12,710 nt of DNA, from NCBI RefSeq assembly GCF_000142905.1, contig NW_013657596.1, positions 1 through 12,710 of the forward strand, written 5' to 3'. The notes beneath the pieces are model-generated. The model made no database searches, had not been told where the DNA came from, and worked only from the letters and a program-made list of their open reading frames with translations. Each line of letters opens with the position of its first letter. Within the stretch, counting starts at the first letter, position 1. Positions 1-8,689 of the stretch are shown piece after piece. Source of the DNA: Thecamonas trahens ATCC 50062. Taxonomy: Eukaryota; Protista; Apusomonadida. Made by a program: the position numbers and the translations under genes.

Positions 1-170
1 TAACCCTAACCCTAACCCTAACCCTAACCCTAACCCTAACCCTAACCCTAACCCTAACCCTAACCCTAACCCTAACCCCCTAACCCTAACCCTAACCCTA
101 ACCCTAACCCTAACCCTAACCCTAACCCTAACCCTAACCCTAACCCTAACCCTAACCCTAACCCTAACCC
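1..170 (-). repeat. Telomere, (TTAGGG)n on the minus strand; left chromosome end
   Basis: 28 tandem units from base 1: 27 TAACCC plus one variant TAACCCCC at 73-80. The C-rich strand at the 5' end of the + strand is the orientation expected for a left telomere. Confidence 0.98.
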
Positions 171-203
171 TAGCTGATGCCTCCTAACCCTAGCTGATGC
201 CTC
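165..203. repeat. Telomere-junction tandem repeat, 20-bp period
   Basis: TAACCCTAGCTGATGCCTC occurs at 165-183 and 185-203, followed by a partial CAACCCTAGC. Confidence 0.9.
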
Positions 204-781
204 ATCAACCCTAGCCCCACTCCATTCCTCGCCACCAACCACGACTCACTCCACTTGCCACTCACTGCCCCCTTGCCACCCCTACTCATCCCATGCATGA
301 CCCACATCCACAGTCCCACTCACGCCACCATGCTCATTCTCCACTTCACCATGCGCATGGCTGTGCATGGGCCTGAATTGAATCTTTGATGCTGATTCAC
401 AATCCCCATCCTCCCATTGACACTGGCTGGTGTCACTCGTTCGGCCGAGTCGCATGTGCGGGTTGGTGGGTGACATGAATGTCATTCAACATTTTCATGA
501 TTCGCCATTCGTCACTTGTTCGATTGTTTGACATTCAATTGAATGTCATCGATCATTGTCAATTGATCATTCGATTTTTTCCGTTTCTTTTCTTGTTGGC
601 TATTCATGTTCTTTGTTCTTTGCCGTTTATGGTTCCACATGCTTTGTTGTTGCTATTGTCTGCCTTCATGCTCTGCTTTGGTTACTTTTGCCTGTGATGG
701 TTGACCGTAATCGGCATGCATCCTCATTGATCATTGCCTTTGCTCTTGTTGTTGCTTTGTATCATTATTCGTCATGATTCA

Positions 782-1286
782 ATTGTTCTTGATTCTCCTG
801 TTTTCTTCGACGTTGACTTTCACATCCACCATCGGGCCTTGCTCACTACACTATCGATTCTCAACTTTGTTGTCGTCCGTCATGGGCAATAGTTTTGCTT
901 GTAATGTTTTTGTGTTGACTCTGTTTTGTCGTGGTCATTGTTGATCAGCAGATCTGATCGATCAACCGCGCCCTGCCTCATCGACCTCAACGTCACCCGA
1001 GTCCATCCCATTGCCTGCTAGCTTTGTCCAGTCCCTGTTGGCTTACGCATACGTGTGCTGTGCAAGCCATGTATGATCTTTGGTTGTTGTTGTGGACGTC
1101 ATTGCCTCGTTTGATGCCCGTTCCGACTTTTCTTCAATTAATTCAACGTTCAACTCAATTAACGTCCGCCGCCTTCCCTCTGCCGGCCAAGTACCCGCCG
1201 CCCCTATCGCCCACACTGCACACACATCCATCAGTCTCATCATACCCATGTTCTTCAATGCTCAAGCCCAATCGCCATATCTACTA
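782..1286 (+). repeat. Degenerate ~500-bp subtelomeric repeat, distal copy (order A-x-B)
   Basis: 782-1017 aligns with 2733-2925, with a net ~43-bp indel. 1201-1286 aligns without gaps to 2648-2733 (about 67/86 identical by hand count). GTGCAAGC at 1060 and 2508 lies on essentially the same diagonal. Confidence 0.8.
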
Positions 1287-2507
1287 CCATTTCGCGCGTC
1301 ACGACCCCTCGTCACGACCCCCACATCCCCCCTACCATACTCATTACCACCCGTCACCACAAACGACCACCCCCACCCCCTACCCCACCACCATCACTAT
1401 CATCCTAGCCACAACCACCACCACCTTGCCTTGGCCATCCTCACCACCATCCCATCGCGCACTCCGCTTCCTCTTCCTCCGTATCCTCGTCTTGACCTTA
1501 CTTCAGCTCACCTCCATCCTCATCCCCGACCCCGACACCGCCATCCCTCAACCATCACAAGTCATACTGCCGATCCTGCAACCAACAGCATTCTCAAACC
1601 ACCCATCCCCGACCCAGCCCCCTCTGCTGCCCCTGCCTCGCCGACCACCAGCCGCCAGCGGCCGCCCGCTTGCCCGATCGGCCCACCTTCACTACCACCT
1701 AGCTCCTTCCCACTACCAGCTACACAACCCACGACCACCACCAAGGTCGTCACTTACCGTGCACTATCACCAGTATCAGTATCGCTGTCATCGATACCCA
1801 TTTTCCTCGGCTCATTTCCGCGTCGGCTGGTTTTGTCTAGGTGGTTGAGCACGTCCTCGACCGCCCGACCCCGCACATGCCCCCCACCACACTCATTGCA
1901 AGATATGACCAATCTGATTTCACTACTACTCTACCACATACACACACTACCTCCTTGCACAGTCTCCAATCCACAGCTGCAGTATTCCAGAATCCGAGCT
2001 CTGCTATCTGAGGTCCAAGTTGTTGGCCCTGTGTCCCTTCGATGCTGCTGACCCCCCCTCCCCGGGCCCATCTCCGACCCCCACTCCCCACCATCTCCAC
2101 CCACAACCACCACACCCACACCACACATGTGTATCACTCCTGCAAACATAACCATCTACTTGCTGCCTGCCGATACGCACATCAGCCGACGCCATCGCGT
2201 CAACAGCATCGCTGCTGACCGCCTGCTGCTCGCCGCCGACCACCGCCCGCCGCCGACCGACCACTGCCGGCACCACCGAGAGCAAGCTAGCCATGCACAG
2301 GGCATTGGAGGCGATGCATACGGATAGCTATATCAATGGCAATGCCTACCAGTCTGCTCTTCAACCCACTTCTCCCCTCCCTCTTCCGGCCTTGCCCATC
2401 ACAGCCCCCGCCGGCCAGCTCATCGCCAGCCGCCCCTGCTGCCGATCACCGTGCCAGACGACGAAGCCACCGGGCTGGCCAGGACGAGGAAGAACAAGAG
2501 AGGGCAA

Positions 2508-2925
2508 GTGCAAGCGATAGGCAATGCAGTGGTGGGCTAGAGTGCAGTGGTCTGCCTTCTCTTCCAATCTCAAGCCCTCGTCTCCATCGACGTCCATCTC
2601 AATCCAATCCGTCCGCCCTCCTCACCCTCGCCGCCCAAGCCCCTCCACCCTTATCCCTCACACCCCACGCACACCCATCATTCTCATCCTACCCACGCAC
2701 ATCAATCCTCAACCCCAGTCGCCATACCCAGTATTGTTCTTGACTCGGCTGTTTCCATCGACCTTGACTCCCATGTCAATCATCGGCCCCTGCTCGCTAC
2801 ACTACCGAATCTGTGCTTTTGTGTTGCCTTTGTTGCTTCCGGTTGTGGTTGAGCAGCAGATCTGATCGATCAACTCCGCTCGGGCTCATCGACCTCGGCG
2901 TCATCCACGTCCACCCCATTGCCTG
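2508..2925 (+). repeat. Degenerate subtelomeric repeat, proximal circularly permuted copy (order x-B-A)
   Basis: 2508-2733 matches 1060-1286 and is immediately followed by 2733-2925, which matches 782-1017. An identical 21-mer, CAGCAGATCTGATCGATCAAC, lies at 946-966 and 2854-2874. Confidence 0.8.
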
Positions 2926-2951
2926 GCAGTGAGAGGTCGGCAAGACTGCTC

Positions 2952-5900
2952 TCAACGCTGCCGCCGATGCAGCTCAGCAATCGCCAGCTCGCTCACACTC
3001 GCACAAACTTGCGGAATGGCCTCGAGCACCCCGCCATCGAGTCCGGCCATGTCTGCGAGGACGGCCTGCTCCAGCCGCGGAAGCTCCGCAATGAGCGGGC
3101 CCATATTTCAGCGGCAAGAACTCGGAGCGACTCCTTGAACCTGCGCCGAAGACTCAGCCGCTCAAACTCGATCGTCTTTGTCTCGTTGTCGTGCTGCTCC
3201 ACGATCGACGCCCGCAGCGCCTCGCCGTCGGCTCGAGCAGCAAAGACCCGCTCGAGCCCGTCACGCGTCAGCACGGCAGCTGTCACGGGCGTGATCGCCC
3301 ATACGCTTGCTGTCCGTAGCGCGTCCGAGAAAACTCCGTTTTCGCCAAAGTACTCGCCGGTCACCAGATTGCCCACCCGCGCGCCGTTCGGGAGTATGAC
3401 CTCGACTGCGCCGTCGACCAGAAAGAACAGCTCGTGACCGGCCTCGCCTGCATTGATCAGCTTGGCGTTGTCGTCGTAGTCGTGGACGGTGGACTCGCGC
3501 AGGAGTGCGTCGCGGAACGCCTCGTCGGTCTTGGCCAGAAACGGGACCCGGAGAAGGCACTCGCCCATTTCGACCGTGAACACCATGGCTCGTGCTGCCT
3601 GTGCCAGCTCGGTACACCCGCTCGCCACCTCGTCGAGGTCTGGCCGCTTCCGCTTGGGTGGTCCGTCGCCAAAGATCGATTCCAGGAGGGCGCGAAGCTG
3701 GTTGCGGGCAGTCCCGGTTGCGCCACGAAGCCAAGAGAGACGCTCAGGCACCTGCGCCATGGCTGCGCCCGCGATCGCCACCAGCTCTTTTGCCCGCTCG
3801 TGCGCCTCTCCTGCACGCCGCTCGCTCACAGCCTCAGCAACTAGCTCCGCCACGACCTTGACTCGCCGCGCGTACTCGTCCATCGGGTGGTCTGGAAGCT
3901 GCACCGCCCGTGCCGCCTTGCGCGCCTTCTTCATGTCGTTGATAAGCCGCTCTTCGCCCACGCGCACCAGAGCCTTCTTCTGCTCCGGGTAGTGCTCCAG
4001 CGCCGCCACGAGTGCTTCCTTGCTCAGCTCGTACGCCTCGACATATGTTTCGGCCACAATCGACGCCGTCCGCTTGCCCTCGATCAGCACCGCAATCTCA
4101 CCAAAACACTCGCCCTCGCCCATCTCTGCCACCCGCTCGCCGCTGGCAATAAGCACACCGACCTTGCCCTTGGTCACGAAAACATCGAGTGCCCGAGCTC
4201 GCCGTGTCGAATAACAAACTGGCCAGGCTCAAAGCTCCGCTCCTGCATTTTGCGGAGGAGCTCCGAGATGAAGCCCACGTCCGACACGCCGTCAAAAATC
4301 GGCACTTTGGCCACCATCTCGCGAAGCGCCACGTTGACAGCGTACTCGGTCCCGGATGCCTGCGCAATCTGAAGCGTGTCCTGCAGCGTTGCCAGTGCCA
4401 TGCTCAGGGCGTGCAGCGCCTCAGCGTCGCTCACATCTGCGTCCAGAGCTTCAGCCGCCACTTCGATGTCCTTCTCACGACGCTCCAGTGAGCCGCGCAG
4501 CTCCACCAGCTGCTTCTCCTTGTCGGCCTGCACCACAACCTCGAGCAGCGAGTGGAAGAGTCCAAACGCGTGCGCAACGAGGTCGCGAGCCTCGCGTGTC
4601 GCCGCACGCATCCGCACAAAGTCGTGCCCGGCCGCCTGCAGCTTGGCCTGCAGCCGCTCAATCGCCGCCTCCTCCTCTGACAGCTCGAGCTCCTTGGCCC
4701 GGATGAACGCCTTGCGCTGCGCCGGTGGCATTTCGCGCTTCTTCGCCACTGTCACGTCTCGCACTAGCTCGTCGGCATCAACAGACGACATTGCCACCTC
4801 GAGCTCCGCACGGAGCGCGCCAATCTCGGCGTCCTTCTGCGCAACAAGGAGCTTGAGCTTGGGCGTCTCCTTGCCCATACCCTTGAGACTCTCCTTGGCC
4901 TCGGCGAGCGCAGCCTTGGTCGTCGTCAGCGCCTGCTTCAGCGACGCGTTCTTGGTCTCGAGATTGAGCAGCGCATCATTGAACTCGGCGATCTTGGCGT
5001 CTGAAACTTGCGGCACGTCGGCAGTCATGACCTGCGTCCGCAGTTGCGCAATCTCTGCTTGCTTCTCTTCAAGCTGGCGCGCAAACTGCAGCATCATTGT
5101 CTGCCGCTTCTTCTTCTCCCGCTCGACAGCCTCGCCCACGCTCGCATGCAGCGCCTCGAGCTCGGCCTGCTTGCCTGATAGCTCGCCGAGCACAGCGACC
5201 CGCTTTTCCTTCTCCTGGGTGTACTTGACCACGAGCTTCTCGGCCTTGGCCTGAAGCGCGTCAAATAGTTCGGCCTTGGCCCCAAGCTCCTCCAGCGACT
5301 CGGCAAACTTGGCCTTGAGCGCCGCCCGCTTGGCCTTGGCCTGCCCGACTCTGTCCAGCAGCGCGTCCTTGACCGCGCGCAGCTCCGCAATCTCCGCCGC
5401 GTCGGCATCTGCCGCTGCAGCGGCGGCCTTCAGCGCTGACCGATACTCGTCAAGTCGAGCCTGCATCTGGGCGTCCCCGCTCGCCATCCCGGCCTCCAAC
5501 TGGCTAACGCGCGCGTTACTCTCCTCCAGAGCTGCAGTCTGCCGCACAATTTGCGCCCTCAGCAAGTCAACCTCGCGCTGTGCATCGCGGACACTGCCCA
5601 GAGCCTCGGCCCGGGCTTTTTCGGCGGCCTCGGTGGCAGCCGCTGCATCGGCTTGCGCCGCTGCTAACGTGGCTTCGGCTGCCTCTGCCCGCTCCGCGGC
5701 TGCCTTGGCTTCAGCCTTGGCGCCGGCCACCTGCACCATCGCTGTTTTGGCCTGTGACTCGAGGGTCGACACCTGCGACTCGAGCAGCGACGAGGCCTTC
5801 ATGCTCGCCTCTCGGCGTGCTTGCTCGGCTGCGCACTGTGCACGTGATTCGTCCAGAGCGTACACCAGCTCCTCGACCTTGCGCCGGCTCTTATCCAGCA

Positions 5901-8490
5901 ACTCTGTCTCCTTGACCTCGCTCCGCTCTTTCCCCCGCCGCAACGCCTCCTCCAGCTCGTAAATCCGTCGCTGACTCGCTTGATACACGTCCTTCAGCGC
6001 CAGCCGCTTTGACTTTTCGGTCTGCGCCTGCGCCTGCAGATCGGCCGCGGCTGCCAGCTCCTCCTTGGCTCTCGCCAGCTTCTCGGCCGTCCGCCGTGTC
6101 GCCTTTTCCAGGCTCACAATCTCGGCATCCTTCTTGCGTAGGATCTCCTCGAGTGCAAGCGCGTTCTCGTGCGCAGCGTTCATCGACGCCACTTGGCTCT
6201 CGAGTCGGACAACCTCGGCGTCTACCGCCGCCCTCTCGGCACGCTCGAACTCTAGCGCCTCCTTGGTAGCCGCCAGCTGAGCCTCGCACGTGCGGATCTT
6301 CTCGGACAGCGCCGTGGCTTCACTTGCCTCAGAAAATGTCTTGGCTGCCAGTGCCTGCGCCGATGTTCGAGTCTCCTGCCGCGCCCGCTCCGTCGCCTGG
6401 TTGGCCTCGGTCAACGCCACTCGCGCTGACTGCAGCTTGACATCAAGCTCCCTGTTCGCCGCCAGCAGCTCCTGGATCCGCGCTTTGCTCTCGGCAGCTG
6501 CTGCTGCTTCCGCCCGCGCGGCCGCCACAGCCGCCACAAGACCTTCGATCTTGCCCTCGGCAGCCGCCAGCTTCTCGGCAGTCACCCGCGTCTCGCTCTG
6601 CTCCTTGGCTGCTGCTGCTTCCGCCCGCGCGGCCGCCACAGCCGCCACAAGACCTTCGATCTTGCCCTCGGCAGCTGCCAGCTTCTCGGCAGTCACCCCC
6701 AGCTGGGTCGCCGCCGCTCCGGCCTCACCTTGTGCCCTAGCCGCCAATGACTTCCACTCTTCGATCTCGGCGGCTGCGCTCTCCAACTCACCAGCCGCAC
6801 TCGCAGCCTGCGTCTTGGCATCCGCCGCCGCAGCCCAGGCTTCTCCTTCGCTCTGGCGCGCCGCAGCCAGCTTTTCCTTCAGCGCCGCCATTTCCGCGTC
6901 TAATGCGCCTCTCTCACCGCTCGTCCTAGCTGAGCTTGCATCGCTAGCAGCGGCAGCATCAAGCTCTGCGCGCGCTGCCGCAAGCTCGGCGGCAACAGCC
7001 TTTTTCTCGGCCTCAAGCCGAGACGACTCGTCGAGTGCAGCCTGTGCCTCCTTAACCGCCGCTGCCCGCTTCGCCTTGGACTTTTCCAGCTTAGCCTCGG
7101 CCCTGCCGTGCGCTGCCTGCCATTGTGCAATCTGCTCACGCGCGCTTGTGAGCTCGGCCTCCAGCTTCGCGACCGCCTCGGCTCCTACGCTGACGTTTTC
7201 TCCGCTGAGCGCCGGTAGCGTGCCTGACTCGGCCGCACCGCCAGTCGCCGGCTGCGCCTCCAGCTGGGCGGTGAGCGACGCAACTTTCGATTTGAGCTTG
7301 TGCGCCTTGATCTGCTCCGACTCGAGCTGGACCTGCAAATCGTCGACGGTGGCAGTGGCATCGGCCAGCTCGTCCGTGAGCCGGCCCTTGACGTCAGCCA
7401 GCTTGCGTTTGGTCGCTGAGAGCTCGGTCTTGGTCTTTTCAAACTCAGCAAGGTTGTCCATGAGCGAGTGGTTGAGCTCGCGGAGCTCGTCCGCGGTCAT
7501 CGCGGCAAGGTTGCCATCCGAGCTGGTGCTTCGCCCGCTCCCCCCCTTGAGCGCGTCAATCTGAGCTTGCAACCCTTCCACAATGGTCTCAAACGCCTCT
7601 TCCTTTCTCGCCAGCTGCTCACGCTCGGAAGCCACCGCGGCCTCGTTGGCCTTGACCTTGGCCGTCATGTCAGCAGCAGCCGCTGTCGCAGCAGCCGCTT
7701 CTGCCTTGGCCTGCTTCTCGGCATCCTTGGCTGCCGCAATGTCGGCCACAAGCTGTGCGTTCTCGGCCGCCGCAGCCTTGAGCTTGTTGCCCATCACGTC
7801 AGAGTACGACTCACCGAGCGCTGCGAGCTCGTCAGCCACGGCCTCGCCACGCCCTCCGCTGCCAAGCGACGATGTCCGTCCGGGCGCGTGCCCAAGCTCG
7901 TCCTCGAGATCGCTAATCTTACGCGCGAGTGCGCTGCGCTCGGACTGGAGCTTCTCGGCCTCAAGCTTGGCACTCGATGCCGCAGCCACGGCGTCCTTCA
8001 CCTGTGCCTTGAGCGTGGAGACGACATCGCGGTCAGCTGCCAGCTCGGCGTGGGCACGGCGCTCGGCCTCGAGCTCGGCTTGCACATCCAGTACCGCCTG
8101 CTGCGCGCTAGCCAGCTCCTCCTGCAGCGACGCCATTGACCGCAGCGTTGCCCGCTTCCACTGCTGCAGCTCAGCGAGCTGCTTGGTAGCCTCGCTGGTC
8201 GACGCGCCCGACGCCGACGCCGAGCTCTCCAGTGCAGCGACCTGGTCGGCGAGCTCGTTCTGGCGGGCAACCGCGGCGTCGGCGCGGGCCTTTTCGTGGG
8301 CAAGTTCCTCTCGCATAGCCGCTTGGCTCTGCACCAGGGCCTGCATGTCAGCCAGCTCGGTCGCCCGCTCCTCGGCGGTCGTCCGCAGCTGCGCGTAGTC
8401 ATCGTAGCGCTTGTAAATGTCCTCGAGGGCTTCGTCCACAAAGTAGTCGGCCGGGTCTATCTCCGTCCTCGACCCGAGGAGACCGCCCAC
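2952..8490 (-). CDS. Giant coiled-coil protein with two C-terminal cyclic-nucleotide-binding domains (frameshifted in this assembly; ORFs 4174-8490 and 2993-4177 are one gene)
   Basis: The 1438-aa ORF is A/E/K/L/Q-rich and helical and ends in the first half of a CNBD (VPIFDGV...FEPGQFVIRHGELGHSMF). The next ORF begins with the second half (VTKGKVGV...GECFGEIAVL...RTASIVA). One extra base in the run at 4179-4182 restores MFFVTKG. The 3' end is 2993 as assembled, or 2952 if a second frameshift at 3106-3108 is accepted. The 5' end is uncertain because the codon at 8490 is GTG. Confidence 0.85.
3240..3556 (-). other. Cyclic-nucleotide-binding domain 2
   Basis: LLRVPFL..LINAGEAGHELFFLVDGAVEV..LVTGEYFGENGVFSDALRTASVWA..LTRDGLERVF. 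The FGE...RTA cassette is present. Confidence 0.92.
3985..4310 (-). other. Cyclic-nucleotide-binding domain 1 (spans the frameshift)
   Basis: KVPIF..GQFVIRHGELGHSMF[F]VTKGKV..MGEGECFGEIAVLIEGKRTASIVAETYVEAYELSK..LEHYP. The phosphate-binding cassette FGE...RTA is canonical. Confidence 0.93.
6497..6698. repeat. Intragenic in-frame direct repeat (2 x 91 bp, 111-bp period)
   Basis: 6497-6587 and 6608-6698 differ at one synonymous site. Both encode VTAEKLAAAEGKIEGLVAAVAAARAEAAAA. Confidence 0.95.
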
Positions 8491-8501
8491 GATCGATGCA
8501 G

Positions 8502-8689
8502 TGTCGCAAGACAGCGTGTGCTTGAGCCTGGGGCAGACGTCTCTCTCTCCCTCGTTCCTGACGTCAGCTTTCGGTGCCGGTCTTCGGGGGTAAAATCGGG
8601 TTTAGCCTTTGCTTGTGCACACCCTGCGTCACACCCCATCGTAGTTCTGTGAAACCTTTAAGGCTGTCCCTACGCAGTAGTGTCTAACA
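8502..8689 (+). repeat. Candidate short 5' LTR or leader
   Basis: Only 200 bp separate the host ORF from the gag ATG. The segment starts TGTCGCAAG (8502). Possible ends are CTGCGTCACA (8633, an imperfect inverted match to the start) or TCTAACA (8689, followed by A-TGG). The 3' LTR is outside the window, so this is unverified. Confidence 0.25.

Larger units (their letters stand above)
171..2925. other. Subtelomeric non-coding region with strong strand asymmetry
   Basis: The + strand is C-rich and G-poor (about 200-350 and 1200-2130) with a T-rich block (about 480-1150). ORFs here are low-complexity Pro/His/Thr/Ser or Phe/Leu strings with no recognisable motif. Confidence 0.8.

Noticed and set aside
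1-203. CRISPR array or microsatellite reading of the terminal repeats
   Set aside because: There are no unique spacers, and a terminal TAACCC array is a canonical eukaryotic telomere.
479-777. Small hydrophobic, membrane-like ORFs
   Set aside because: The hydrophobicity follows from T-richness in every frame, so there is no evidence of coding.
1024-2051. 274-aa and 323-aa Pro/His/Thr-rich ORFs in the subtelomere
   Set aside because: Two overlapping frames are both open because the C-rich strand is depleted of stops. They start at non-ATG codons, have no domain, and overlap the degenerate repeat.
2535-2550. GGCTAGAGTGCAGTGG resembles a primate Alu segment
   Set aside because: It is only 16 nt and the flanks do not continue the match, so it is chance similarity.
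4400-8490. Assignment of the coiled coil to myosin, SMC, kinesin or TolA
   Set aside because: No motor domain, Walker motifs or hinge is visible. Any similarity would be compositional.
2919-8652. Long + strand ORFs (up to 424 aa) opposite the coiled-coil gene
   Set aside because: These are Ser/Ala-rich antisense shadows caused by the codon bias of the GC-rich minus-strand gene. They have no independent motifs.
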